DNA of 64,000 bases, from the NCBI GenBank assembly GCA_030754595.1, contig JASLZZ010000077.1:33701-97700 (forward strand). The letters are read 5' to 3'. The stretch comes from Nitrospinota bacterium (GTDB lineage: Bacteria > UBA8248). Made by a program: the position numbers and the translations under genes. Each line of letters opens with the position of its first letter. Within the stretch, counting starts at the first letter, position 1. The notes under the pieces are model-generated. The model was not told the origin of the DNA. It did no database searches and was given only the letters and a program-made list of their open reading frames with translations. Shown here one piece after another: positions 27,665 through 38,945 of the stretch.

Positions 27665-29227
27665 ATGAGCGAATCGTCACCAAACAAAAAAGATACCGTC
27701 CCGGAAGGGGATTCCGTCCCGGCAGCGGAGGGCCCAATCGGCGAGTTGATCGAACAGCGCCGCCGAAAGCTCGAGGCCATCCGGGAGGCGGGCGGAAACC
27801 CGTTCCCGAACCGCTTCCGGGTCTCTCACCGGATCGGCGAAATTGTCTCGGAGCAGGGCGATCTGACCGAGGAGGGCTACGACGAGACGAAGGGGCAGCG
27901 CTTCGTCGTCGCCGGGCGCGTCATGGCCAAACGGCTCCAGGGCAAGGTCATTTTCATGGATCTGCGCGACGGCAGCGGGCGGATTCAGCTTTTCATCCGG
28001 ATGAACGAGCTGGGCGAGGAGAAATTCGCCGCCGCCAAGGAGCTCGACATCGGCGACATCGCGGGCTGCGAGGGGGGCATTTTCAAAACCCGCACGGGAG
28101 AGCTTTCCGTCTGGGTACGGAGGATACATCTGCTTACGAAGAACATGCATCCCTTGCCCGAAAAATGGCACGGCCTTCAGAACGTCGAGCTTCGCTATCG
28201 CCAGCGGTATGTGGACCTGATCGCGAATCCGGACGTGATCGGGATATTCAAGAAACGCTCGCGGATGATCCAGCTCATGCGCCGGTTTCTCGACGAGCGG
28301 GGGTTCCTCGAGGTGGAGACGCCGATGATGCAATCCATCGCCGGGGGCGCGACGGCGCGGCCTTTCGTCACCCACCACAACACCCTCGACATGGACCTTT
28401 TCCTCAGGGTGGCGCCTGAGCTCTATCTCAAGCGCCTCGTCGTCGGCGGCATCGACCGGGTTTATGAGATCAACCGCAATTTCCGGAACGAGGGGATATC
28501 CATCCAGCATAATCCCGAGTTCACGATGATCGAGTTCTATATGGCCTATGCCGACTATAACGATCTGATGGACCTCACCGAGGAGATGATCGGTGGCATC
28601 GCCGAGGAAATCGCCGGCGGCCGCGATGTGACCTACGGCGGCGAGGAGATATCCTTCGCCGCCCCTTGGGCGCGGCATGAATGGCGCGAGGCCATCGTCG
28701 AACTCGGGGAGGCGCCCCCCGAAGTGCTCGAAAGCGAAGAGGCGGCCCGGACCCACGCTCGCGCCCTGGCGGCGCGGACGGGCTACCCGATTCCCGACGA
28801 GATGGCTCATGTCCACCTGCTTGAATATCTCTTCGAGGAGACGGTGGAGCCCAAGCTCCGCCAGCCGACGTTTATCTACGACTTCCCGCGGGCGCTCTCG
28901 CCCCTTTCGAAGAGCCGGGAGGACGACCTCGAAACGGTCGAGCGCTTCGAGCTCATCATCGCCGGCCGGGAGATAGCCAACGCCTACACCGAATTGAACG
29001 ACCCCGATGACCAGAGAGCGCGCTTCGAGGCGCAGGCGGCGGCCCTCGAGGCGGGCGACGAGGAGGCCCACGAGGTGGACTGGGATTACCTCAGGGCCTT
29101 GGAGTACGGCCTGCCGCCCACTGCGGGCGAGGGAATCGGCATCGATCGCCTGATCATGCTCCTGACCGACTCGCAGTCGATCCGCGACGTGATCCTCTTT
29201 CCTCTTCTCAGGAAGATGCAGGACTAG
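27665..29227 (+). CDS. lysS: Lysine--tRNA ligase (class II)
   Basis: An OB-fold N-domain is followed by class II motifs ([34 protein letters not shown]). The prfB-lysS adjacency matches many bacteria. Confidence 0.93.
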   Translation: MSESSPNKKDTVPEGDSVPAAEGPIGELIEQRRRKLEAIREAGGNPFPNRFRVSHRIGEIVSEQGDLTEEGYDETKGQRFVVAGRVMAKRLQGKVIFMDLRDGSGRIQLFIRMNELGEEKFAAAKELDIGDIAGCEGGIFKTRTGELSVWVRRIHLLTKNMHPLPEKWHGLQNVELRYRQRYVDLIANPDVIGIFKKRSRMIQLMRRFLDERGFLEVETPMMQSIAGGATARPFVTHHNTLDMDLFLRVAPELYLKRLVVGGIDRVYEINRNFRNEGISIQHNPEFTMIEFYMAYADYNDLMDLTEEMIGGIAEEIAGGRDVTYGGEEISFAAPWARHEWREAIVELGEAPPEVLESEEAARTHARALAARTGYPIPDEMAHVHLLEYLFEETVEPKLRQPTFIYDFPRALSPLSKSREDDLETVERFELIIAGREIANAYTELNDPDDQRARFEAQAAALEAGDEEAHEVDWDYLRALEYGLPPTAGEGIGIDRLIMLLTDSQSIRDVILFPLLRKMQD

Positions 29228-29229
29228 CC

Positions 29230-30486
29230 GTGCGGATTCCGGTCGAACTCTATATCGGGATGCGGCACCTGCGCTCGAGGAAGAAAACCGCCTTTATCTC
29301 CCTGACCACCTGGATATCCGTCCTGGGCGTCGCCCTCGGTGTCGCCACGCTGATTGTCGTCGTGGGCGTGATGACGGGGTTCGAGCGCGAGCTGCGCACC
29401 AAAATACTCGGCACCCAAAGCCATGTGGTTATCGTGGAGGCGGGGTCGGCTTCCCTGAACAAATGGGGCGACGTTTTGGACAGGGTGAAGAAAGAAACCC
29501 AGGTCGTCGCGGCGGCCCCGTTTGTCTACGGCCAGGCGATGCTTTCGTCGCGGGGCTCGGTCATGGGCGCGGTGGTGCGGGGAATCGACCCCGCCCGGGA
29601 GGAAAAGGTCACCGACCTGCGTAATTACATGCGCGCCGGATCGCTCAATAGCCTGGCGGGCGGCGGCGCTCCGCCGGGGGTGATTCTCGGGGCCGAGCTG
29701 GCTTCATCCCTCGGAGTGGAGCTTGGGGAAAATGTCACCATCATCAGCCCCGTCGGCGAGGTTACCCCGATGGGAATGCTGCCCCGATCGAAGAATTTCC
29801 AGGTGTCCGGAATTTTCAGGAGCGGGTTTTATCAATACGACTCGGGCCTAGCCATCATCTCCCTGAAGCAGGGCCAAAAATTCTTTGGCCTGGGCAAAGG
29901 AGTGACGGGCGTTCACCTCCGGGTGTCGAATATTTTCGCGGCCGAGCGGGTGGCCCGGCGGCTCCAGGAGTCGCTTCCGTATCCGTACTGGATGCGCTCC
30001 TGGCAGACGATGAACCGGAATCTTTTCTCGGCCCTCAAGACCGAGAAGACGACGATGACGATTCTGCTCCTTCTGGTCATCGTGGTGGCCGCGTTCAATA
30101 TCATCGGCTCGCTCATCATGGTGGTGATGGAGAAGGGCCGCGAGATCGCGATTTTGAAATCGATGGGCGCCACCCGGGGAGTGATTTTACGGATTTTCTT
30201 CTTCCAGGGGGCGACAATGGGGTTTGCCGGGGCCGTTCTGGGGACGCTGGGTGGGCTGGTTTTGGGTTGGAATTTGGGGGTGGTGGAGGATTTTCTCGAA
30301 GTTTATTTCGGTCTGGACATACTACCGGCCAGTGTCTACCATATTAGCCGTCTCCCGGTTTATATGACCGCTCAGGATATTTCGATTATGGCGATGGGGG
30401 CCTTTATAATCAGTCTTTTAGCGACTTTGTACCCCGCCTGGAGAGCTTCTCGCGTCGACCCAGTGGAAATACTGCGCTATGGTTGA
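29230..30486 (+). CDS. lolC: Lipoprotein-releasing system permease (LolC/LolE family; single copy here)
   Basis: RHLRSRKK..FISL N-terminus, a MacB-like periplasmic domain, and a C-terminal FtsX-type 3-TM bundle (KSMGAT). lolD follows. Confidence 0.85.
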   Translation: MRIPVELYIGMRHLRSRKKTAFISLTTWISVLGVALGVATLIVVVGVMTGFERELRTKILGTQSHVVIVEAGSASLNKWGDVLDRVKKETQVVAAAPFVYGQAMLSSRGSVMGAVVRGIDPAREEKVTDLRNYMRAGSLNSLAGGGAPPGVILGAELASSLGVELGENVTIISPVGEVTPMGMLPRSKNFQVSGIFRSGFYQYDSGLAIISLKQGQKFFGLGKGVTGVHLRVSNIFAAERVARRLQESLPYPYWMRSWQTMNRNLFSALKTEKTTMTILLLLVIVVAAFNIIGSLIMVVMEKGREIAILKSMGATRGVILRIFFFQGATMGFAGAVLGTLGGLVLGWNLGVVEDFLEVYFGLDILPASVYHISRLPVYMTAQDISIMAMGAFIISLLATLYPAWRASRVDPVEILRYG

Positions 30487-31210
30487 GCATATCTCCGAGG
30501 AGGCGGCCGCCATAGATCAAGTGTTTGATAATAAAGAAGCTATTGTGTCCGTGTGCACCCTTGAAAAATCCTACCGCATGGGCGGAGACTCGGTCCGGGT
30601 GCTCAGGGGGGTGGACCTGGAGATTCATGCCGGAGAAATAGTAGCCGTCACGGGCGCCTCGGGAGCCGGAAAAAGTACGTTGCTCCACGTCCTGGGGACC
30701 TTGGAGCGCCCCACCAGCGGAGAAATCCGGTATAAAAACAGAAGCCTGTCCGGGCTTTCGGATGCGGAATTGGCATTGTTTCGAAATCGTGAAATCGGCT
30801 TTATCTTTCAGTTTCATCACCTCCTTCCGGAGTTTTCTGCTCTGGAAAATGTTATGATACCCGGGATGTTGGGTGGGGAGTCCCGCCGGGAGGTCGAAGG
30901 CCGGGCCGGCCACCTCCTCGACAGGGTAGGATTAAAAGAGAGAATTCATCATCGTCCCTCTGAGCTTTCGGGTGGCGAGCAGCAAAGAGTGGCTATCGCA
31001 AGAGCCTTGGTGAATCGGCCTTCACTGGTTTTGGCCGATGAACCGACTGGCAATTTGGATTCCGGTGCGGCGAGCTTAATCTTCGAATTAATGAAGGAGA
31101 TCAATCACTCTGACGGTGTGACATTCCTCGTGGCTACGCATAATGCCGAAATCGCCGGGAGGATGGATCGTCAAGCCGTCATGGTGGATGGTCGGATCGA
31201 CGCCAAGTAA
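30479..31210 (+). CDS. lolD: Lipoprotein-releasing system ATP-binding protein
   Basis: GASGAGKSTLL Walker A, LSGGEQQRVAIARAL signature and LVLADEPTGNLD Walker B. Overlaps lolC by 8 nt. Confidence 0.88.
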   Translation: MVEHISEEAAAIDQVFDNKEAIVSVCTLEKSYRMGGDSVRVLRGVDLEIHAGEIVAVTGASGAGKSTLLHVLGTLERPTSGEIRYKNRSLSGLSDAELALFRNREIGFIFQFHHLLPEFSALENVMIPGMLGGESRREVEGRAGHLLDRVGLKERIHHRPSELSGGEQQRVAIARALVNRPSLVLADEPTGNLDSGAASLIFELMKEINHSDGVTFLVATHNAEIAGRMDRQAVMVDGRIDAK

Positions 31211-31233
31211 CAAGGTCTCGCAGGGAGGGCCGT

Positions 31234-33678
31234 ATGTTTAAGCGTTTCACGGAGCGCGCCCGTAAAGTTATCATCCTCGCCAGAGAGGAAGCGGATAATT
31301 ACCGGCACGAGTATTTGGGAACCGAGCACATTCTTCTGGGTGTATTGAAAGATGGTGGCGGCATCGCAATCGCGGTTCTTCAGAAACTGGGAGTGGACCC
31401 CAAGCAATTGCGTCTTGAACTCGAACGAAATCTGCCCAAGAGCACGAGCGGTCCGGTCGAGGGCGATATTCCCTTCACGCCGAAGGCGAAAAAAGTCCTC
31501 GAGTATGCCGTCGAAGAAGCGCGCCTCATGGGCCACAACTATATCGGCACCGAACATCTGCTGTTGGGGATCGTCCGCGAGAAAGACGGCCTGGCGGCGA
31601 AGATACTGGGAAGCTTTGGCGTCAAGCTCCAGCAGACCCGCGAGCAGACGGTCAACCTGCTTAGAGAGCCCGTCGCCACACGCTCGAGGGACAAGAGCAA
31701 GACCCCCGCTCTCGATGAGTTTGGCCGCGATCTGACCGAACTGGCCGAGGAGGGCAAGCTCGACCCGGTAATCGGCCGAAACGATGAGATTGAGCGGGTG
31801 ATACAGATTCTCGCCCGGAGGACGAAGAATAACCCCGTCCTGATCGGCGAGCCCGGGGTTGGAAAGACGGCTATCGTCGAAGGCCTTTCTCAACTCATCA
31901 TTGCCAAGGAGGTTCCTCAAATCCTCTACGGAAAGCGGGTGGTCGCGCTTGACCTGGGGGCCCTCGTTGCCGGGACCAAGTACCGCGGCCAGTTCGAGGC
32001 TCGTCTCAAGGCGATCATGAAGGAAATCACCCAGAGCCAGGACGTGATTATCTTCATCGATGAATTGCACACCCTCGTCGGCGCCGGCGCCGCCGAGGGT
32101 TCCATCGACGCATCGAATATGCTTAAACCCGCCCTGAGCCGGGGCGAGGTTCAGTGCATCGGTGCGACCACACTCGATGAGTATCGCAAGTACATCGAGA
32201 AAAACGGCGCGCTCGAGAGACGTTTTCAGTCCATCATGGTGGAGCCGCCCTCGAACGACGATGCCGTGAGCATCCTGCGCGGACTCAAGGACAAGTACGA
32301 AAAGCATCACAAAGCCCGTATCGTGGACGATGCAATCGTCTCGGCGGTGAAGCTGTCCTCTCAGTATGTCTCGGACCGCTACCTGCCCGACAAGGCCATC
32401 GATGTTATCGACGAGGCCTGCAGCAAGGTGCGCCTTGCGAAGGAGACCTTCCCGTCCTCGATCCGCGAGCTTCAGCGGAAAATCGACGATACGATTCGCC
32501 TCAAGAAAGACATGATCGAGAATCAGGATTTCGAGAAGGCGGTCGAGCTTCGCGATCAGGAAGAAAATGACCGTGGCCGTCTCGAGGAGCTCAAATCCGA
32601 ATGGGAGGCCGAGCAGTCCGACGAGGAGGCGCTGGTTACCGAGGATGATGTCGCCTTTGTTGTCAGCCGGATGACGGGAATTCCCTTGCAGCGCATCGGG
32701 GAAGTGGAGAACGATAAACTCCTCAGGATGGAAGAGGAGCTCAACAGCAAAATCATTGGCCAGGAGGAGGGCACCCGCCTTCTCACAAAGGCCGTTCGCC
32801 GCTCCCGGGCGGGTCTGAAAAACCCCAAGCGCCCGATTGGCAGCTTTTTGTTCCTGGGCCCAACGGGCGTGGGCAAGACCGAGATGGCCCGCGTGCTCGC
32901 CGAATTCATGTTCGGCGACCCTTCGGCTCTCATCCGTATCGATATGAGTGAGTACATGGAGCGGTTCAACGTTTCGCGCCTGACCGGCGCGCCTCCGGGA
33001 TATGTGGGCTACGAGGAAGGCGGACAGCTCACCGAGCGCGTCCGCCGCAAGCCCTATTCGGTGATCCTGCTGGATGAAATCGAAAAAGCGCACCCCGACG
33101 TTTACCACCTTCTTCTTCAGGTGATGGACGACGGCGCTCTCACGGACAGCTACGGGCGGCTCATCGATTTCAAGAATACGATCATCATCATGACGTCTAA
33201 TCTGGCGGCGCGCTCCATCGAAAAGGGAACCTCCCTCGGGTTCCAGAAAGAGGACGCGGGGAAAGGCTTCGAGAGGGTCAAGGACAATATTCGCAATGAG
33301 CTGAAGAGGACGTTTAACCCCGAGTTTTTGAATCGCATCGACGATGTGGTGATCTTCAGTCCTCTCACTAACGACAACATTCTCAGGATCGTTGATATCG
33401 AGATCGCCAAAGTGAACGAGACCCTGGCCGATAAGGAACTGCGCCTGGAGTTGACCGAAGAGGCCAAGGACTGGGTGAGCAAAGAGGGATACGACCCCGC
33501 CTACGGAGCCCGGCCGCTTCGCCGCGTAATTCAGAGGCATATAGAGGACACTCTCAGCGAGGAAGTCCTCCGCGGCAAGTTCACCGACGCAGGTGTTATT
33601 TTGGTCAAGCTCGCCGGCGATGAGCTGGTTTTCGAGGCCAAGGAAGATTCCGAAGTATTCAGCATCCAGGATGCCTGA
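31234..33678 (+). CDS. clpC: ATP-dependent Clp protease ATP-binding subunit ClpC
   Basis: Double Clp_N repeat ([10 protein letters not shown] / [10 protein letters not shown]), two AAA+ modules ([16 protein letters not shown]) and a short UVR-type middle domain ([11 protein letters not shown]). 814 aa. Confidence 0.9.
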   Translation: MFKRFTERARKVIILAREEADNYRHEYLGTEHILLGVLKDGGGIAIAVLQKLGVDPKQLRLELERNLPKSTSGPVEGDIPFTPKAKKVLEYAVEEARLMGHNYIGTEHLLLGIVREKDGLAAKILGSFGVKLQQTREQTVNLLREPVATRSRDKSKTPALDEFGRDLTELAEEGKLDPVIGRNDEIERVIQILARRTKNNPVLIGEPGVGKTAIVEGLSQLIIAKEVPQILYGKRVVALDLGALVAGTKYRGQFEARLKAIMKEITQSQDVIIFIDELHTLVGAGAAEGSIDASNMLKPALSRGEVQCIGATTLDEYRKYIEKNGALERRFQSIMVEPPSNDDAVSILRGLKDKYEKHHKARIVDDAIVSAVKLSSQYVSDRYLPDKAIDVIDEACSKVRLAKETFPSSIRELQRKIDDTIRLKKDMIENQDFEKAVELRDQEENDRGRLEELKSEWEAEQSDEEALVTEDDVAFVVSRMTGIPLQRIGEVENDKLLRMEEELNSKIIGQEEGTRLLTKAVRRSRAGLKNPKRPIGSFLFLGPTGVGKTEMARVLAEFMFGDPSALIRIDMSEYMERFNVSRLTGAPPGYVGYEEGGQLTERVRRKPYSVILLDEIEKAHPDVYHLLLQVMDDGALTDSYGRLIDFKNTIIIMTSNLAARSIEKGTSLGFQKEDAGKGFERVKDNIRNELKRTFNPEFLNRIDDVVIFSPLTNDNILRIVDIEIAKVNETLADKELRLELTEEAKDWVSKEGYDPAYGARPLRRVIQRHIEDTLSEEVLRGKFTDAGVILVKLAGDELVFEAKEDSEVFSIQDA

Positions 33679-33731
33679 TACCGCCTCCTGGATATTTTAA
33701 ATAAGCCACTTCACCGCGCAGGGAGTCATTC

Positions 33732-36068
33732 ATGGCAAATGCGGCGAGGACGGTGGTTTGCGTTTGCATATCCTTTTTGTGTCTCGCTTTCTCCGCCCGA
33801 AGCGTCCCGGCGCAAGGTTCGTACGATGTGGCGCAGGCTCCTTCTCCGGCCATTTCGATCAAGGCAGTTGAAATTCACGGCAACAAACGCGTTGATCGTT
33901 CCACGGTCCTTTTCTATATCAAGATAGCCGAGGGCAAGGCCTACACCAACATCGAGCTCGTCGAACAAATTCGCGAGGATGTACGCACCATCTACGGCTT
34001 GGGTTTTTTCCGGGACGTGAAGGTGGATGTCGACTCCTTCGAGGGCGGACTTCGCGTCATCTACCACGTGACCGAAAAACCCACCATCCGGAAAATCGAA
34101 TTTCGGGGCAACATCAATATCGAGGAAGAAAAAATTCGCGAGGCCTTGACCGTCAAGGCCCAGACCATCATCAACGAGGCGACGATCAAGGAGACGGTCC
34201 GCAATATCCGCAAGCTTTACCAGGAGGACGGATATTATTTCGCGCGGGTGGAAGCCGTCCTGAAAGAGGGGACCCGGAACACCGTCGATATCACTCTGAT
34301 GATCAACGAAGGCGAAAGCGTCGAGATCGAGACGATAACTTTTCACGGAAACGAACGTATTTCGAGGAAAGACATCCTCGCGGCCATGGATACCGACGAG
34401 GCGGGTTTTTGGTCGTATATCACCGAATCGGGGATATTCAAGGAAGACGAGTTGGAAAAAGATCTTCTCCGGATTCGTCTTCTCTACCAATCGCGCGGAT
34501 ATTTCAAGGCCCAGGTCGGCCAGCCGATCGTCAAGGAAGACCACGACCGCGGAAAATTGAACATTGTCATCTCTATCAGCGAGGGATTTCAGTATAAAAC
34601 TGGAGAGCTCGAAATCCGGGGGGGTGAAGACGTTATACCCCCCGAGGAGATCAAGAATAAGTTCCGGCTTTTTCCAGGCGAAGTCTTTAACCGCGGTTCT
34701 ATGATTCAAGACACCCAGGACATCTCCGACGCTTTCGCTGCGCGCGGTTACGCCTTTGCGGACGTTCAGCCATCCACCCGCGCCGACGATGAAAAGAAGA
34801 CGGTCAGTATTATTTACAACGTCAAGAAGGGCCGCCGGGTATATATCGGGAAGGTCACCGTCAAAGGAAATACTCGCACCCGCGAGAACGTCATTCGCCG
34901 GGAGGTCCGCGTCACGGAGGGAGCTCTCTACGACTCGAAGGGTCTGACCACCACCCGACGCCGCCTTAACCGGCTCAACTACTTCGGGGACGTGAAAGTG
35001 GTGGAAAACCGCCGTCCCGGCAGCAGCGACATTCTCGATATCGATATATCGTTGGACGAGAGGCCGACGGGCTCCATAGGCGCGGGTTTTGGTTTTAATA
35101 GCCGCGAGGGAGGAATATTAACGGCTTCGATTCGAGAGGATAACCTTTTTGGACGTGGCTACCAGATGAGTTTGAACGGAAGTATCTCCGGTTCGTCCCA
35201 GTTGGCAGTGGCATCCTTCAATAATCCTAATTTTCAGGATCGGGACTTTTCCCTGGGAGGGGATGTATTCATCGTCGAGGATGAATTCTCGACATTCGAC
35301 AACTTTCGCCAGGGCGGGAGGATCAATTTCGGAAAATCCCTTACCGACGATTTGACGGCCTATCTTTCCTACGAGCTTTCTACATCGAAAATTACAAATG
35401 TCTCCACGGTAGCGTTTCAGGATATTATCGACATTGAAGGAGATACTCTTCTTGAGAGCAAATTGATCCCATCACTTGTTTTCGATACTCGGAACAGCCG
35501 CTTTTTCCCCGATAAAGGGACTCTGTTTACGGTGGCTCCTTCGATTGCGGGTGGGCCTTTGGGCGGTGATATTGATGTCGCTTTCTTTCGGACGGATTTA
35601 AGGCAGTATTTTAATATTGGCGATAAATTGCGCAACCGGTTTTTGAAAAAGCTGGTATGCTCCTATCGCGTGGAAGCCCGCTACACGGATGCTTTTAAAG
35701 GCTCTTTGCCCGCCTTCCGGCGCCTTTTCCTACAAGGCCGCCGGTCGATTCGGGGTTTTGATCGCGACGATCTGGGCCCGGTGGATCGGTCGGGAGAAGC
35801 AATCGGCGGCCTCTCGACAGGGTTGTTGTCCACGGAGTTGGTGCACCCCTTTGTCGGTCCGACGCGGTTGGTCGCTTTCTTCGACGCAGGCAACGTTTGG
35901 GAGACGCATAACGCATACGATTTATCTGACCTGCGGTACGGGGCCGGCATCGGGATCAGGGTAATCACGCCGCTTGGGCCCTTGCGGCTCGATGTCGGCT
36001 ACAAACTGGACAAAAAATCGGGCGAACGTCCACGCGAGGTGCATTTCGGGATCGGCTCCTCGTTCTAA
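33732..36068 (+). CDS. bamA: Outer membrane protein assembly factor BamA
   Basis: Signal peptide, repeated POTRA-like units (I..I.I.GN..V....V), and a C-terminal Omp85 barrel ending ...VHFGIGSSF. Confidence 0.9.
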   Translation: MANAARTVVCVCISFLCLAFSARSVPAQGSYDVAQAPSPAISIKAVEIHGNKRVDRSTVLFYIKIAEGKAYTNIELVEQIREDVRTIYGLGFFRDVKVDVDSFEGGLRVIYHVTEKPTIRKIEFRGNINIEEEKIREALTVKAQTIINEATIKETVRNIRKLYQEDGYYFARVEAVLKEGTRNTVDITLMINEGESVEIETITFHGNERISRKDILAAMDTDEAGFWSYITESGIFKEDELEKDLLRIRLLYQSRGYFKAQVGQPIVKEDHDRGKLNIVISISEGFQYKTGELEIRGGEDVIPPEEIKNKFRLFPGEVFNRGSMIQDTQDISDAFAARGYAFADVQPSTRADDEKKTVSIIYNVKKGRRVYIGKVTVKGNTRTRENVIRREVRVTEGALYDSKGLTTTRRRLNRLNYFGDVKVVENRRPGSSDILDIDISLDERPTGSIGAGFGFNSREGGILTASIREDNLFGRGYQMSLNGSISGSSQLAVASFNNPNFQDRDFSLGGDVFIVEDEFSTFDNFRQGGRINFGKSLTDDLTAYLSYELSTSKITNVSTVAFQDIIDIEGDTLLESKLIPSLVFDTRNSRFFPDKGTLFTVAPSIAGGPLGGDIDVAFFRTDLRQYFNIGDKLRNRFLKKLVCSYRVEARYTDAFKGSLPAFRRLFLQGRRSIRGFDRDDLGPVDRSGEAIGGLSTGLLSTELVHPFVGPTRLVAFFDAGNVWETHNAYDLSDLRYGAGIGIRVITPLGPLRLDVGYKLDKKSGERPREVHFGIGSSF

Positions 36069-36107
36069 ACGAGCTCATGAATTTCTTGGGAAGGGAGAGG
36101 TGTTGAG

Positions 36108-36677
36108 ATGAATCGTTTACTGGCAGGCATTTCGATGGTTGGGTTTTTTTTCCTGACTCTTGGCATAAGTCCCGCGTATTCGGCGGAGTTCCGGGTGGGG
36201 GTGGTGGATGTGCAAAAGGCGGTTGCCGAATCAAAGGCTGGCCGGAAAGCGCGTGCGACGCTGCAGAGAGAAAAAAAACGACTTGGAGAAAAACTCATCG
36301 AAAAGCGGAAAAACATTGAAGCAGTGGTGAAACAAATCAGGGACCTCCAACTCGAAATTCAACAAAAGGGACCCATATGGAGGTCCGAGGAGCGTGATCG
36401 GAAAAATAAGGACCTCCGCAATCGAAAACGGGTATTCGCCCGCAATGAGGATGAACTCAAGCGTTTGGTTCAGGATAGCCGCAGGGAATTGTCGAGCCGC
36501 CAACGGAAACTGACGAACGATCTCATCAAGCAAATCCGCGAAGTGGTGCAGGAAATATCCCGGAAAGGAAACTACGATATCGTCATCGACAAAACGGTTG
36601 GCGGCGTCATGTTCGCGAAAAAAACCGTGGACATTACCGACCAGGTGATTGAGCTCTACGATAAAAAGAAGAAATGA
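36108..36677 (+). CDS. skp: OmpH/Skp-family periplasmic chaperone
   Basis: Signal peptide, RVGVVDVQKAV, and a long Lys/Arg/Glu-rich helical region. It occupies the canonical position between bamA and lpxD. Confidence 0.85.
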   Translation: MNRLLAGISMVGFFFLTLGISPAYSAEFRVGVVDVQKAVAESKAGRKARATLQREKKRLGEKLIEKRKNIEAVVKQIRDLQLEIQQKGPIWRSEERDRKNKDLRNRKRVFARNEDELKRLVQDSRRELSSRQRKLTNDLIKQIREVVQEISRKGNYDIVIDKTVGGVMFAKKTVDITDQVIELYDKKKK

Positions 36678-36678
36678 G

Positions 36679-37689
36679 ATGCGTCTCGCGGAGATCGCTG
36701 AGAAAATCGGGGGAGAACTTATCGGCGGCGGGGACTTCGATGTGCGGGATGTCGCCGATTTCGCCGGAGCTTCGCCGGATTCTCTGAGTTATGCCGAATC
36801 CGAACGGCAACTGAAGGAACCGACCGAAGCGGGTGCCTTGATCGTTCCTTCGGGCATCGACCCTGGCCGCCCGGCCATTCGCTGTGAAAATCCCAAATTG
36901 GGATTCGCCCGCGCCATAGCTCTTCTTCACCCCCCCAAACCCTTCGTTCCTGGAATTCATCCATCGGCCATCATCGACGAGAAGGCCAAGGTCGGATCGG
37001 GCGTCTCCGTCGGTCCGGCGGCATCTATCGGTCCCGAGGCGGACATCGGGAACGGGTGCCACATTGGGGCCGGCGCACGAATAGGCGAGGGAGTGAATCT
37101 GGGGCCGGACTGTATTATCCATCCCAATTGCGTTTTGTACCCAGGGGCTACTTTGGGCGCCAGAGTCGTTCTGCACGCCGGGGCGATTATTGCCTCAGAT
37201 GGATTTGGCTATGTTCCCGACGGCAGCGGCGGAGTGGTGAAATTTCCTCAAACGGGAACCGTCGTCATAGAGGACGATGTGGAGATCGGCGCCTGCTCGG
37301 TTGTGGATCGCGCCTCAATCGGCGAGACCCGAATCAAGCGGGGAGTCAAGATCGACAACCTCGTACAAGTCGCGCACAACGTAACAATCGGCGAAGGGAG
37401 CCTCATCGCCAGCCAGACGGGAATTTCGGGGAGCGTCACACTCGGGCGGGGTGTCATCATGGGCGGCCGGGTGGGAGTCGCCGATCACGTCGAGATCGGA
37501 GATGGCGCGATTTTCGGAGCGATGTCGGGGATTTCGAAGAGCCTGGAGGGCGGAAAAATTTACCTTGACGCCCCCGCGGTCGAAATTTCCGAGGCGCGGC
37601 GCCGGATGGTCGTCTACTCCCGCCTGCCGGAAATCTCCCGGCGTCTTCGAAATGTTGAGGAAAAATTGGAGGATACCGAAACTTGTTGA
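36679..37689 (+). CDS. lpxD: UDP-3-O-acylglucosamine N-acyltransferase
   Basis: MRLAEIAEKIGGELIGG N-terminus followed by extended hexapeptide repeats. ATG 36679 lies 1 nt after the skp stop. Confidence 0.9.
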   Translation: MRLAEIAEKIGGELIGGGDFDVRDVADFAGASPDSLSYAESERQLKEPTEAGALIVPSGIDPGRPAIRCENPKLGFARAIALLHPPKPFVPGIHPSAIIDEKAKVGSGVSVGPAASIGPEADIGNGCHIGAGARIGEGVNLGPDCIIHPNCVLYPGATLGARVVLHAGAIIASDGFGYVPDGSGGVVKFPQTGTVVIEDDVEIGACSVVDRASIGETRIKRGVKIDNLVQVAHNVTIGEGSLIASQTGISGSVTLGRGVIMGGRVGVADHVEIGDGAIFGAMSGISKSLEGGKIYLDAPAVEISEARRRMVVYSRLPEISRRLRNVEEKLEDTETC

Positions 37690-38129
37690 CCACAGAAGAT
37701 ATTCTCCGGCTGCTCCCGCACCGATTCCCGATGCTGCTCATCGACCGGGTGCTTGAACTCGATACCGAGGCCGTTTCGCTGGTCGCCATAAAAAATGTTT
37801 CGCATAACGAGCCTTTTTTTACGGGACACTTTCCGGATCGGCCTGTCATGCCCGGCGTTTTGATGATTGAGGCGATGGCTCAGGCGGCTTTGCTTTGCAT
37901 ATTCGGGGGTAATCACGCCGATCCCGAGTCCGATTTCCTTTTTGCCGGAATCGAGCAGGCGAAATTCCGCCGGGCGGTCGTTCCGGGCGATCAACTTCGT
38001 ATCGAGGTGAAACTGATTCGCCAGCGGGGGCCTCTCTGGAAAGTGGGAAGCACCATAACAGTGGATGGGGAAGCGGCCGTTGAAGCCGTGCTTACCGCCT
38101 ATGTCACAGCGCCTCTAAATTCATCGTGA
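37683..38129 (+). CDS. fabZ: 3-hydroxyacyl-ACP dehydratase FabZ
   Basis: LPHRFPMLLIDRV and HFPDRPVMPGVLMIEAMAQ motifs. 148 aa. Confidence 0.93.
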   Translation: MLTTEDILRLLPHRFPMLLIDRVLELDTEAVSLVAIKNVSHNEPFFTGHFPDRPVMPGVLMIEAMAQAALLCIFGGNHADPESDFLFAGIEQAKFRRAVVPGDQLRIEVKLIRQRGPLWKVGSTITVDGEAAVEAVLTAYVTAPLNSS

Positions 38130-38908
38130 GTGAAATTCACCCGTCCACCTCGATCGACTCCGGCGCATATGTCGGCGAGGGAGTCAGCGTCGGCCCTGGA
38201 GCAGTTATCGGCGCAGACGTCCGGATGGGGGACGGTTGCCAGGTGGGCGCCAATGCGGTCATTGAGGGGCCGGCCGAGATCGGACCCGGCTGCAGGATTT
38301 TTCCCGGCGCGATCATCGGCACCGAGGCGCAGTATACTGCTCTGGAGGGCGAGGGCGGCCGTGTCGAGGTCGGGGCCAATACGGTGGTTCGCGAGGGGGC
38401 CACTATCAATCGTTCGTTCAAGGAGGGCGGCGTCACCCGGGTTGGCGAGGAATGCTATCTGATGATGCAGGCCCATGTCGCGCACGATTGCCTGTTGGGC
38501 GACAGGGTGATTTTGACCAATTCGACCGCCTTGAGCGGCCACATTGAAATAGGCAGCGACGCTTTCATCACGGGATTTACCGCGATTCATCAATTTGTCC
38601 GTATCGGGGACGGCGTGATCTTGAGCGGACCGACCGCCGTCAGGAAGGATGTACTCCCTTATACGAAAACCGACGGTAATCCTCCCGAGGTGCGGGGGCT
38701 CAATACTATCGGTCTCAGGCGGATGGGGGTGACGGCCGAAATCCGATGCCACCTTAAGCGGGCCTATCGAATCCTTTTCCAGGAGTCGAAAACGGTCGAG
38801 GAGGCCATCGGGAAAATCGAGGCCGAGTTGCCTGTGGGACGCGAGATCAAAACCGTGGTAGACTTTCTCAGGGTTTCAGAAAGAGGTGTTTACAGGGGCG
38901 GGGTATAG
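38126..38908 (+). CDS. lpxA: UDP-N-acetylglucosamine O-acyltransferase
   Basis: IHPS..ID..A.VG..V.VGP hexapeptide repeats and a helical C-terminal domain (GLNTIGLRRMG). GTGA overlap with fabZ. Confidence 0.9.
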   Translation: MSEIHPSTSIDSGAYVGEGVSVGPGAVIGADVRMGDGCQVGANAVIEGPAEIGPGCRIFPGAIIGTEAQYTALEGEGGRVEVGANTVVREGATINRSFKEGGVTRVGEECYLMMQAHVAHDCLLGDRVILTNSTALSGHIEIGSDAFITGFTAIHQFVRIGDGVILSGPTAVRKDVLPYTKTDGNPPEVRGLNTIGLRRMGVTAEIRCHLKRAYRILFQESKTVEEAIGKIEAELPVGREIKTVVDFLRVSERGVYRGGV

Positions 38909-38945
38909 TGTCGGCCGATAATCGCCCGAAAAAGAGAGATTCCTG

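Noticed and set aside
31171-33540. Very long antisense ORFs opposite well-supported genes. Examples: 789 aa opposite clpC, 5004-6305 opposite fabD/acpP, 27677-29071 opposite lysS, 38868-40331 opposite the oxidoreductase and lpxI, 18111-19640 and 17680-18681 within mrcA, and 24604-25728 and 24957-26030 within lnt.
   Set aside because: They are typical stop-codon-poor shadow frames of high-GC DNA. Their translations are Arg/Pro/Gly/Ala-rich low-complexity strings with no recognisable motifs. The opposite or alternative frame carries unambiguous family signatures.
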